Part shown: positions 25,758 through 38,893 of the stretch, piece after piece | Numbering within the stretch: the stretch's first letter is position 1 | Layout of the letters: each line of letters opens with the position of its first letter | The notes under the pieces: model-generated | Told to the model about the DNA's origin: nothing | What the model saw: only the letters and a program-made list of their open reading frames with translations | The model's database searches: none | From: Paraspadella gotoi | Taxonomy: Eukaryota; Animalia; Chaetognatha | Direction of reading: 5' to 3' | Assembly (NCBI GenBank): GCA_051294375.1 | Contig: CM119265.1 | Coordinates: 2,911,256-2,975,255 of the forward strand | Length of the DNA stretch: 64,000 nucleotides | Position numbers and translations under genes: made by a program

Positions 25758-28700
25758 AAAGTCAATTTAAAAAAGATCAAATTGTGAATTGTCAAAGCCC
25801 TGATGAAGGCTTGAATGAAAGCCGAAACTTGTATTCCCCTTTAAAAATAAAAATCGATGATGTCAAAGATTTCGTCTTTAATCTCAAATATTTTTTTTAA
25901 TTTTTTTTTCTTCCGTCTACTTTTCCTTCCTACTAGGATGATTTGTCTCTTACTTTCTCTACTATGAGCATTTCCCTTTATTTTCTATAGAAATTTGCTC
26001 TTCTGTCTGCACTTCTGCACCCACAAGATCTTCACTTGCATTGATTTTTACATGTTTTGGTCTTAATAAACCAGAGGGCAGTACAAACAAGAGCATTTTT
26101 AAAAACAAAATAACAATATTTTTTTTCTGAAATAAAAGAACAGTCCCATTAAATTTGTTTTGTGTTTTTACCCTATTCTACTAGAGAGCTCTACAAAGAA
26201 GGAAGCTTTTTGTAAGACAAAGGAACATTCAAAATAAACTTTATCTGCACCCACTAGATCTTCACTTGCACCTGCTCTTTAACAAAATAATTTTTTTTTT
26301 TAAATTTAAAATCTTTTAAAAAAATTTTTTTGATATTTTTTCAAGTATTTTTTTCTTATTCTATTTTATTTTATTCTATTTCTTATTCTATGATTGATCA
26401 AAGCATTTTAATCATATATATTATATAATATATCAAAACAAAAATACTATTATTTTGATTTCTAAAATATTTTTGCAAGTAGCAAAATATTAATAGTGCT
26501 GCAGTAACAGTTCAGTTTAAACCCTTGAAAGTGATTTACATGTATTGGCGCAGTCACTGGTTTACTGTTGTTTCACTAACCTTCAAACAAAGCTCTCCCA
26601 GGAACAGTCTCGCTCACAACCACGAATGTTTTCGCGGCAAAAGTTTCTTTGTAATCGACCTCAGATGAATAAAAAAGTATAAAAGATCTAAAGTATTTAA
26701 AGAATTACAATATAATGCTAGGTACTATTGTAAATACCTTGGGATAACTTTCAGAAGATTCCTCTATGTAAGCGCTTTTTATTTCATGCAGCGAAAGTTG
26801 AGCGCAAATGTTTTTATGAAGTTCGAGATATTTGTTTAGCTTGAAACAGAACATAATAAACAATTTAACATCTATTACAAAAATTATTATTTTCATAAGG
26901 AGATTTACTGTGCTAAATGCAAAACATTTTTTTATGATTAGTGTTTAATATATATATGACGTTATGGCAACAGTCGGGTTGCCTGTGATGCCCATTGGGA
27001 TGGGGCATCTCACTGTTGGCTTTGGGGGCTTCAGACCCTCAGTGACGCCTCCAGTCACTGGCGCGGGTTACCCTAGGACGGTCTCGCTTTGCCAACGCAG
27101 AGGGAAGTCGTTAGGACTGTGGATGGAACACTACGCCTGGGATGGTGTGTTTCCCCTCTGAGCCAATGGATTTGGCTGAAGGATGATGGACGTGAGGCGG
27201 AGTGAAAATACCGCCACAACGTCATATATATTAATGCTACTTAACTTCATACTCTGTACCACGTTTACCTGTTTCACGATGAAGTGGGCCACTTTGACAA
27301 CCACCCTGTCATTCACAGACACCTCCTTCAACGACTGACAGGTGCAAAACAGAGGTTTAATGTTGGCGTCTTGGCAGGTACGATTCAGAGGAATTGGGTC
27401 AAAGAGCGAGTGGCGAAATTTGAATCCTTCAGTTCTAGAGCGAGAATAATCGTAATTAATTCATTATTTGAAAATAGTTAAAAAACTCCTCTCCTTGAGT
27501 TATCAAATTAATAAATATTAATCACAAATCAATCTTCAAAAACAAAATAAAAAATGTATACAAACATTTCTGAATGAGAATCGGCAAGTTCCAGGTTTTA
27601 CTCCGCTGTAACTTTTCTTAATAATTCTTATAACGCATTTCTCAAAGACGACATTAAATGAGATTTTTATAACCACAAAAGTATGAAACGCATCTTTCAA
27701 TCATCTACTATGTGCTGTATAAATTATGCCGCCTTCTTTTTTTTGGTCAGGTGATATTTTCAGACCGACCGAAAATTGACTTGTTGGTCGACGATTCCTC
27801 AGTCCTCACGGCCCAACTCATAAACTATATCAAGAAGAGAAACTAATCCCTTTTTAATAATGGTACTAGAGCAACAGCTCCAGCATAACTCACCCTCAAA
27901 AAACTCACCTTTTCTTCCTCCTCCTCCCGCCAAAATCGGCCAAATCTAATAAAGTTTCGTACAAATCAAAATGTGTTGTCAATCGCTTTGAGTTCCTCTT
28001 CAGATTCTTTATCTCCTCTTTATATTTTCCTCCTCCTCCTCCTCCTCCTCCTCCTCCTCTCAGCTTTTCCGGCAAAATGACGTACATCATCGGCAGATTG
28101 TCTTCGTATTTTCCGGCGCGCGTCTGTCTCATGGGACTGAAGCGAAACCCGTGGTCGGATAGAAAGAAGATGAAAGAGTCACGGAGGAATCCACCTGGAG
28201 AATTTTGAAGAGTTTAATCCAGGTTATGGAGATAGTTAAGTTATTAACTGTTATGTTTTAAGACAATCTTTCTTTTAATTCGGTTACTTGTGATTTACCC
28301 ATTCTTTTTTTTGCTTCGCTTGCTTGACCTTAAACCTAAATACACCATTTTTTGTTCTGTATGTACTAAATTATCTTGAAACCTCTCTCACTCTCACTCT
28401 CTCTCTCTCTGAAGAGAGATAACCATAACCCATGTACAATTGTGCATGTATTAATATGAAACAAAATGCAACTGTGTAACTATCAAACATCTACGCAATT
28501 CAGTTGACAAAACTAAGCTTTTAGAATTGAAAATCACCTTGTAGCCTTGCATCCATTTTCCAATATTAAGTATTAGTTACTCCGCGCACACTCTCCAATC
28601 TAAAACGCCATCCCCCCTTTCGCTCACCTTCGTGCAGAGTCTTGAAGAGCCGCTTGGTGGATCCGTCCAAATTCCGTCCGCTTGAAATGTCAGCATGAGT

Positions 28701-31700
28701 CCAGACGTTCGACCAAATCATCGCAAAGAGTCGATCGTCTCTGTGCGACTGAATCGCGTTGAGGAACCATTCGTACAACCAGCGATCCTGCAAGGACGAT
28801 AGCGAGATAAATATTATTTAATATATTAGAATTTAGATATATATTAAGTTAGATATACTACATCTCCGGTACATCGCATTTTTTTTAAGCTTTTTTCTCT
28901 TTCTCCAGATCTATCTACAGCATGATTTTTTTCAAGTGCACAGCTTTGTGACAACAATACTTGAGACCAATCAGTCAGTCAGGTTATCTTGGTAGAATTT
29001 TAAATTTAAAACGCGATTAAATTAGTATATTTCATATATTTTTTATTACTAAACTACCAGCTGAAAATATCAAAAAGTTGTTCTTAGAATTCCTATGAGC
29101 ATAATGAAAATTTTTACTATGAAATCCCAAATATAATCCCATAAAACGAACTTTAAGAAAAAAGAAAAAGTTGTGCATTTTAAAAAAAATCATTTTGAAA
29201 AATATATACTACACTAAGAATATACCTGCGTTTGGTGAGAAAAGCATCTTTTCCTAAAAGTTGTTTAAATTTAATTTTAATGCAAACTAAAGTTATATTT
29301 GGCCATCTCAACAGATAGATTCTGCAAAAGGCTTTGCCGTAACTATATGATTCTAATACTAATAGAGCTAATAATAATAATAATAATTATAATAATAATA
29401 ACTAACAACTAAAAAACAACATTGATAATCAACAACGAGAACTTAAAAACAACATTGATAATCAACTACAACTAAAAAACAACATTGATAATCAACAACG
29501 ACAACTAAAAAACAACATTGATAATCAACATTCAACAACGACAACTAAAAAACAACAATGATAATCAATAACGACAACTAAAAAACTGACCTACATTCAT
29601 CGCAGGTTTGTCTGCGACAATTCATGCATTCAGGGTTCCACTGGTGGGTGAATGAGTCAACCGCTAAGAGGAAGGGCCGAAGATAGTGGTCGGTCGGTCG
29701 GTCGCGAAAACCCGCGGCATCGTAGTTATTGAAGGTGTGGATATCAAGACTGTCTTCGCCAAAGAGTGTCCAGTACCTGATAATAAATTAATCGCAAGAT
29801 TAGAATAATTAAAAGTATAATTTAGTTGTTATGATAAATAAATGATTGAATAATTAGCTAAAAACTAAACTACAAATAAACATAATATTTTGCCAATGTA
29901 AAATAACAATAGTGATAGCGATAGAATAAAAATTTATCAAACTTCATAGAAAAACGACAATATGCAAATAAGATTGATTCACTAAATCTGATTTTAAACA
30001 ATCCACAAATTAATCTGCTACAATGCAATAGTAAATTATTTGCTTGATCAGAAAGTCAATGTTGAATTTTAGTTATTATAGAAAATTCAGCGGAATTTTA
30101 GTTAATACAGATAATTCAGCAACCATAACAATTTTAGTTAATATAATTAATTCAGCAACAATAAGACGATTATCGTGGATATGTTTAATACTTTTTTGGT
30201 CATGAGACCATCTGGAGAAGCGTGCACTTAACAAAGTCAAAGCCTTACCCTCTTTGAGAAAAGTTTTTCCAAACGAAGGGATAATTATCAAAAGGCCAGG
30301 ATGTTCTGTTTTTCTCTCTGGGTAAGTCTTCCAAGAATTTACCCGTGAGAAGAGGAAGTAAGTTAACTTGAGTGTTGACAGCAACTTTGTTGTAACTGTG
30401 GTTGAAGAAAAGAAAACGGGCAAATTTACTATATGAAACAACCAATTCAAAATTATCCATTCACTTAATTAATAAGCTATCTTGTCTCTTGATTTTGGAC
30501 AGGGTCAAGACCTCCATCTCTCTTAACCCTGCAAGGTATCAATCAAGACTCACTGACATCCTTACCAATGAGACGGTATAATATTTAATTGGTATTTAAA
30601 TCGACAACTTTCGATGAATCTAGATCGTTTCCTCACCCAAAATACTCGATCGGGTCCAAATAGCGAAATAGAAATTCCCTCGTTTCCGGGAAATTCCTGA
30701 CGAGGTTGTTGCGAGAGACGGAGTCGATTCCTATGAGGAAGACGTTGAAGGATTCGTCGGCCCCGATGTCGGTCAGATGCCGACGCAGAGACCGACGCAG
30801 AGACCGACGTTTGACCGACATCTTTGCTTCGTCCGCGAATCCGAAGACTGCGAAGTTTTGGACGACGGATTGTCCATCTCGATTCCAACATTGGACGAAG
30901 GCGAATTCCCCGGGAATCCGAACCTAAATATAAATAAATAATTAATTAATTATTTAAATAATTAAATAAAGAATTAAATAATCAAATAAATAAATAAATA
31001 ATAAAAGTAAAAAAATCAATTTAAAAAAACTTTATATACTTAATAAATAATAATAAAAAATTTCAGTAACATTATATTCCGAATTCTTTAATTATTATCT
31101 CATTAAACCAAACTCTTAAGGTCCTAAAAACGGCACTAGCGGTTCCTCTTTAAAAAAAATAAATCACCTTCTCTCCGGGCGTAAACTTGACCGGGTGAGT
31201 CCATCTCCACGAATCGTCGCTCTTATCTTCTCTGATCAGCAGCTGCCACTCGCAGGTTCGTAGGTCGAGTTTTCGAATCGTGACGTCGTCGAAAAAGATG
31301 GAATTTTGAATCGGATCGATGCTAATGTGACGAGGAAATTGAGAGCAATTGGTTCCACTGTGGTTGCCTGTGAAAATCACGCTGGTTGTGAGCTGGCTGT
31401 AAGTTAAGTCAGTTTGAAGACGGGCACAAGTTAGCGCCTGTTAGTGATACGTTTGTAACAAAATACAGTATGTACATAACTTACCCTGCCCAGTGATTTA
31501 TTTATTAAAGAGAAACAGTTTAGGTAAAGGTTAGTAAATATTTAATTGAAAAATTAAGTTTTATGTTGAGCCTTAAATTAATTTTGTCACCTTGAAATTG
31601 ATCCTGCACCAACGATGAGTCAAACGGATCGAAATATGGAATTCGACAACTTTGAGTGACGATTGCAAATCTCTTGTCTGTTGCATTTAACCACGATTTT

Positions 31701-32001
31701 GCGTTAAATAAAAAAAAAACTTTATCAATATTTAATTGCAATTATAAGTAGTATAGTAATAAATTTCAAGTTAAAACTAACCTAAGTTTTTTTTTCTGGG
31801 TTTAGGCCATAATCCCGGGCTCGAAAGAGAGATGAGACCTGTCAAAAAAAAACATGAAGAGAAGAGAAGAGAAGAGAAGAGAAGAGAAGAGAAGAACGAA
31901 CCTGAAATAGATGAGGGTCCATCATTCATATATGAGAGTAGAAAGAGCACAGAAAACACGACGATCGAAGCTAAAAACCAAAATCGCAGAAAACATTTCA
32001 T
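24745..32001 (-). CDS. DUF229-family protein, copy C (divergent paralog), 14 exons
   Basis: ATG 32001 (MKCFLRFWFLASIVVFSVLFLL). Exons near 31902-32001, 31781-31838, 31591-31677, 31168-31367, 30637-30923, 30248-30394, 29591-29776, 29226-29253, 28628-28787, 27909-28194, 27269-27430, 26738-26818, 26581-26659 and 24745-24923. It ends RINLYGNSSHCVTEKNLLNYCYC* and has the same exon structure as copy B. Confidence 0.88.
25585..25891. ncRNA. Inverted pair of minimal hammerhead ribozyme motifs flanking a (CT)n tract
   Basis: Plus strand 25800-25833: CTGATGA-a-GGCTT(gaatga)AAGCC-GAAAC-TT-GTA. The same motif is on the minus strand at 25642-25676. The inverted arms are about 115 bp. Confidence 0.7.
26957..27224. 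mobile_element. 268-bp TG...CA element (solo-LTR-like or MITE) inserted in (TA)n
   Basis: TGACGTTATGGC...GCCACAACGTCA terminal inverted repeats, GC-richer than its surroundings, TATA on both sides. Confidence 0.6.
29400..29585. repeat. ~30-33 bp minisatellite (ACAACTAAAAAACAACATTGATAATCA)
   Basis: 5-6 tandem units. Confidence 0.85.
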
Positions 32002-33321
32002 TTTATAACCACTGCTTGAATCTTAGGAATTGCGGTGAAAACGCTACAACTGCTGATAAACTTTACGCGCGTTTTTTGTCTTTATCCATCTGGTTTTCTA
32101 AGAATTTAATTATCATACTCACTCTTCTTTCTCTGAATTAATTCGACGGCTCAACGAAGTAACGATCAAAATTCATATAATCGCGAGTCAACCGAAATTT
32201 TCATGGGTTGTGTTTTGGTAAACACAGCTGATTTTGAACCCGCCCACGCATGATTTCGCCGGTGATTGGTTGAAACGTTCGGTCGAAAATGAGGATTCTT
32301 CTTCTGGAGGCGACATCTCTCTTTTCTCGACAATTTAAAACAAAAAACCATCGGTGTTTATAAAATTAAGTTAATTCTTGATTGTTATTTTATTTTAAAA
32401 AATTGGATACCGGCCATGATGTTCCTTTAACGAGTACATGGAAAAATTCACAATTCCACGGTTCTATCATCCCATGGGAACGATTCATTAATGCGATGAT
32501 AATGATTTTCTAATTACTAAGCTCATGAATTTTTGATAACTGACTAAAATTAAATTTGTAGTAAACCGTAATTATTAAATTTTCTACCAATATCTTAAAA
32601 AGAAACAAGCATTTATAAAAAAAAGATAATATTTCACAACAGTAAATCTTAATTCGACAAACTGACTTTGGCAGAACATGAAAGTGATCACCCAAAAATT
32701 GGAATTTTACTAATTTCAAAAATCACTCTGATCGATTTTAAGCTAAAAAATACATTTCAATAGATATATTCCGAGTGACAAAGGATGCAATCTCAAAAAC
32801 TAATTACGAAGTTGTAGCTCGCAGGACAAGTAAACATTTTTTTTTAAATTTAGCAGAAAAAAAATAACAATCCGATTTTTTTAATTTAGGCGACTTTCAG
32901 TTCACAGAGTCGTCTAAAAATGCTTTGAATATCAAACCTCGTAGAGAGCCGCTTCGGCTTTATTTTCCAAGAACGCCTCATTTTGTCCTAAATCCTGGAT
33001 TAATTTTTTTAGTTAAAGATTAAGTTAGGTTAGGGTTAAGGTTAGGGTTAGATTAGGTTAGGTTTGGGTTAAGGATTAGGTTAAGGATTAAGGATTAAGA
33101 TTAAAGATTTATTCAGATTTATTTAGATTTAAAATTTTATTTGTTTTTCTTTAATTTTTTTGCATTATTTGTTTGAAGTATGATTCCTAATAAAGCTTGT
33201 TTTATGTTAACAAATAATTTATTTTCTATCTCAAAAATTAAAATTAAAATTCTGGTAAAAATGAACAGAAACGGGGCACTCTTGGAAAAGAGAGCTGAAG
33301 CTTCTAAGCTATTTAAACTTC

Positions 33322-35493
33322 TCAAACGTCCATCTCGAGATACGAGGTGGGCGCGTAACCTTCCTCCAACGCTTCGTCGACGGTTCCGGCCACGCCCACT
33401 CGACGCACTCTCGTCCAACCGTCTCCTTCGTCCAACTCGACGATGTTCAACTCTTCTCCTTCTCGAAGATCGATGGTTTCCTCGTTGATCGACGTGAAAT
33501 CGTACAGGGCCCGGCACGCGCATAGCACGGGCAGAGGGAGGGACGAGTCGAGGGAAGGGCGATGGAGGAGAGGGTGGTCGTTGTGGGAGGGAGTGGTTGG
33601 GGAAGAAGGGGAGGAGGAGGGGGAGGAAAGGGGCCGGTCTGCTGGGGATTGAAGGAAGGAGGGAATGAGAGAAAGAAAAGGGAGGAATGAGTCGAAAAAA
33701 CAAATTAATACAAACATATGTGCATTTAAATAATACTTGTTGTACTGAAATATAATTCGTCTAGGCAATAAAATCCAAAATACGTTATATTTTTGGATAA
33801 AATCAATTTCAAAATATCATTTAGGGATGCAATTGAATCCAAAATATTATTTTTTATTTTTTATCATAACAATCAAGGTTTAAATAAATATATCATTCAT
33901 ATCGATTCAATCAATCTATGCAATCAATCGATGCAATCAATCTATGCAATCAATCCATGCAATCAATCCATGCAATCAATCTTGAAATCAATCAATCCCC
34001 TTCCCTCCTTTCTCTCACCAGTTCCGGCGAATCCGGCGCGCGTCTCCACGGCGCCGATCGCGTGAGCCGGAATTCTCGGCGGAGGCGCCGGCTTTGAGGA
34101 GGCGTTTCCGTCTCTGGAGGCGAGGCGGGGCCGAGGCGGAGGCGTGATTGAGATGGCGCGGGGTGACGTTGGGAGGGAGAGCGTTTTGACGGAGATGATG
34201 AGAGGGAAGGTCGGGCGAACGGCCGGGGGTTGAGGGGCGGGTCTGTTACGGGGGTGGGGTTAAAAATTAAAAAAAAAAACAAAAAAAAAATAAAAATATA
34301 TAAAAAAAACTAAAATAAAAGTAAGTAATATAAATTAACTTGTCGTTAAAACGCCGAAAAAGAATAAAATGATATATGAAAACCGAACGTCTGCCTCTTC
34401 ATTAAATCATATACATAGTGTAGTCATGATTGAAAGCTTGCAGGGACCTGATATATATATATGTCCAAAGTCAGGGGCAAGATAGCTTATTTATTAAATG
34501 AATGGATATTTTTTATATTGCTTGTACCAATATCACATAAAATGTGAAAAAATAAATGCTACGAACCTGTGAGGAACGAATCTTTCTCCATCTGGTCTAT
34601 GATTGATCTGTTCGTATTCTACGCCGTCGTCGTCGTCATCGTCGTTAAAAGTGTCGTCTGCTCCTTCGTCGCCTCCGTGTCCAGAATCCGTGACGTCGTA
34701 GGACACGCCCCCTTCCTCGTTTTCGTCCTCGTGAGACGCGTCGCCGTTGGTTACGACGCTGGCGCCGTCGCAGGGGCTGGCGGGCCGTTCCGGCAGGGGC
34801 CGCCGCCCCCACCGGAGGCTCCGCTGCCGTCGCTGCGGGAACCGCGGCTCCGGTCGGCGTCGCTGGCGCCGCCGCTGCGGCTGGAGAGGTCAGAGGTCGA
34901 GGATCTGGATGTGGGGGGGAGAGGGAGGGAGAGGAGAGAGGAAAAAAAGAGGGAGGGAGGGGAGGGAGGGGAGGGAGGGAGGAAGAGAAGAGAAGAGAAG
35001 AGAAAGAGAAGAGAAGAGAAGAGAAGGAGAGAAGAGAAGAGAGAAGGAAAGAGAGGGAGAAGAAGAAGAAAAGGGCAAAAGGAAAACAAGGAGGAAAAAA
35101 ATTAAAAGTCAGAGTCAGAGTCGAGAAGTCGAGTCGAAGTCGAGTCGAGTCGAGTCGAGTCGAGTCCGAGTCGAGTCGAGGTCCGAGTCGAGTCGAGTCG
35201 AGTCGAGTCGAAGTCGAAAGTCAAGGTCAAAAGTCAAGTCAAAACAATCATAACAAGTCATAACAAGTCAAAACAATTCAAAACAATTCAAAACAAGTCA
35301 TAACAAGTCAAAACAAGTCAAAACAAGTCAAAACAATTCAAAATAATTCAAAAGTCTAGTAAAATGACTAGTAAGTTGCATGACACAAGTTTAAACCATT
35401 AACAAATCCAGAAACATATCCAACTCACCTATTAGATCTAAAGATGTTCATAAGCGTATTTCTCCTCGCCTTCTTCTCGCTTCCCTTCTTCAC

Positions 35494-35525
<32 letters not shown>

Positions 35526-36394
35526 CTCCCTCCAGGCCCAACTCTTCGAAGGGGATGTCGTCCGGAGGTTCGAACCCGTTCCGCGACCGTCTCGACAACA
35601 CGTTCCAGTCCGCGATCGGATCGACAGAGTCCACGCCTGGAGGATATTGTTCTTTAGTTAACTAAATAATGTTAAGCGATAAATGTCAAGTATTTCTCAG
35701 AGATAACAACAACAAAAATTGTAAACTTATTGTACAGTTAGTTATTAGTTAAGTTAATAACATGAGACATTTAAAAAATGTTTATTAAACATGTCATAAT
35801 TTTTTTTCCAAATACAGAAATAAAAACAGAATTTTTCTTAATGGATTCAGTTAAAATCAGCAAAGAATATTAAAATTATTTTAAAGTTTAAATAATTAAA
35901 TAGTTTTTAAATATTTTTTTTCCCATATTTAAGCTACTTAACATTAAATATTTATCAATTGCCAATGAATACTGCTATTCCTAATGATAACTAACGATTT
36001 GATTTTTTTTATCATTATTTTACCATTTAATATTTTTACTACATACTTACTACATTCTTAATCCTCCTGTCACCCTTTCCTCTTTCCCCTACCTGACCCA
36101 ACCTCCCTTACCTCCTAACGCAGCCTCCATCGCCGCCTTGATACCCGGCAGAGCCGCCAGCTGCACACGCGCAGCAGCGCCCACCGCCGCCGCGAACCTC
36201 GCCACCCTGGCGCCGTCTACCTCGCGCAGAGTCTGAAACAGCGCCGGGACGTGCGTGGCGTAGTGATGGCGTTGTACCGCGTTGGCGGTGGAGAGGCGTT
36301 TGGCGTAGTCGGACTTAAACTCTTCGCAAGATTGACGTTTGGTGATCATGACGTTCTTGGTTCTTTCGAGCTCGGCTCTGATGGGGTTCAGGGA

Positions 36395-36433
<39 letters not shown>

Positions 36434-38854
36434 TAGGTCAGATCGAAAATTTTCCCAAATTTATCATATTCTCCGAAAAGGAGATTGTTAATAGTTAATA
36501 ATATTGAATATACATTATACATATTACGGTTAATAGTAGATCGTATGAGAGAGAGAGAGAGAGAGAGAGAGAGCGAAAAGCGACTTCTGAACTGAAGCAA
36601 TACTAAAGCTCATGGTTTTCTCTTTCTCTTCTCTTTCTCCTTTCTCTCTTCTTTTCTTTCCTAATAGTTTTCTCTTTCTCTTCTCTTTCTCCCTTCTTTC
36701 TTCTTTTCTTTCCTCTCTTTCTCTCTCTCTCATCTCCTCTCTTGTTTCCTATCTTCTTTCCCCCTCTCCCTCTCAACTTCATCCCTGGGAAAACAAAAGT
36801 GACCTTTGGCCTGATTGGCCACGAGATCGTGAGGAACCAACTTCCCTTTGGGGCCAAAGTTTTGTTTTTAGGAAAAACAGAATTGGTTTCTTTAAAAAGA
36901 TCGGATGTCAAGACTTCGATCGCGAGTTCGGGATGTAAGACGCCTGAGTTGACTGACTGACTGACGCTGAGTTGACTCTGACCTGATGATCTGGACGCTG
37001 AGTTGAATGACTGTTGACGCTGAGTTGACTGACTGACTGACGCTGAGTTGACTGACTTTAAACTACTCGATCGGATTTGAAATGTTTTACAAAAAGATGC
37101 ATCCTTAATTTTAAATTTTTATTTCATTTTGCAGTTAAGAAAATTTAAAATCGATGTACTCACAACCAGCTTTCATTATATTGTTAAATATTTTATAAAT
37201 AATTAATTTTAATATTTTTTTAAATTCATTTTAAATTTAGTTTTATATAGAAAAACAAGTATTTATTAAATTTTTCTTTCAAAAAAGAAAACTAAGAATA
37301 AAAATTAAAGAAATTTCGAGGTCAAGAAGGCAAATTGTAAGAACCCTAAAGTTTCTAATGTTCAAAACAATAGATAAGTCGAAGATAAATAGAAAAACAG
37401 TATTCGCAAAGGCCCCTACAACTAAGGCACGGTATTGCAAAAAAATTGGCCAAATATAGGAATCAATGTAAATCTTCAGGTTCTGACACATTCGGAAGAA
37501 CCATACATAATTACGCTACTTAGAAGTAACGCTTCCGTAGCGGCAATCTACAGAGGGACACGAGCTCACGTACACGACCAAAATATCAACAATCGATTAG
37601 TTTTATTCCTTTCAAAAAAAATGTTCATATTTAAAGTTACATCCTTTCCTAGTTAAAATTATTCGGTTTATACAAAAACTTTTAAATACGACAAAATATA
37701 CTGGTAGCAATCCTTAGTTTTGACTGCGTGAGTCTTTAAATATGTCCACAAAAGCTTTGAGTACATCGAATAAATTTTAAGATTTTCAAATTACTGCAAT
37801 ATGTAAATTACTCTAAAACTTAGGGAAAATTTGATCTCTTGTTTTCCGCCAAAGAATTACGACTAAAATATAAACAAAAATAACTTAAATTAAAAAAAAA
37901 CAAATATCAAGATATGGAATACAAATTGACAAATAGACAATGGAGACGTAAGTAGTGGAAAAACAAATAGAGTAGCTAAAATTGCAATTATTTTTTCCAT
38001 TTTTTGCGTCAGAGAAAATTCGCCTAAGTCGACTTTACATTTCGGTCGTTAATTAGCCAACGTTTACGGTTTCTATTTGAAATTGAAATCGAAAGGAATA
38101 GAATAGAATATAGAATAGCTATGGATTAGAAATAGAATGGAAGATAAATTTATGCAGAAATATTTTTTAGCATTTAGCAAAGAAAATCTCATCATGAAAT
38201 GAAAATCGTTTCATAAACTGAATTGATTCGCTTTTCTTCAATAACCTCCTTCCACAACAAAAATTTTAAACATTAAATATAATGAATTTAAAACAATCAA
38301 ACACATCAGCGCCGAAACTTACCTAGAAAGGTTGAGATCGGCGTCGGCCTTTTGATAATTCTCCGCGGCGACGCAGGATTGCTTGAAGGCGCGTTCGTAC
38401 TGCTTCTTCCCGCGCTCCAACTCCCCGAGCGACGCCTGGAGCTTTTTTTCGAAAGCGTCGGCCTCGGAGATTAATTTGCGTTTCTTTTGTCTGAAGGAAA
38501 AAAGAGGAAACTTTAAACAAAAACGGTACTAGTACGAAGAACTTTAGTTAATTTTATATCAGACTAAAACGGTTTCATGTCACTAATTTATACATTTAAA
38601 ATTACGAAATGTGCTTGTTTAAATTTCTGTCAATTTTTGGCAGCAAATAAATCATAAATTTGTTGTTAGTTTCTGTAAAGACTGAGAATAGAAAATATAA
38701 TTAAAACATTAAATAAAATAACAAATACTAGTATTACAATAACTGTAGGTTCCAAAGTTAATAAACTAACTAACTTTGCTTATCTTTATCGCCTTCTTGT
38801 CTCGACTTACTAAAAAAAAACTTTGTACATCTGGATATATATATATATATATTG

Positions 38855-38893
<39 letters not shown>

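Noticed and set aside
33020-33105. Telomeric TTAGGG tract
   Set aside because: Short, degenerate and interstitial; a similar tract lies near 49680-49740.
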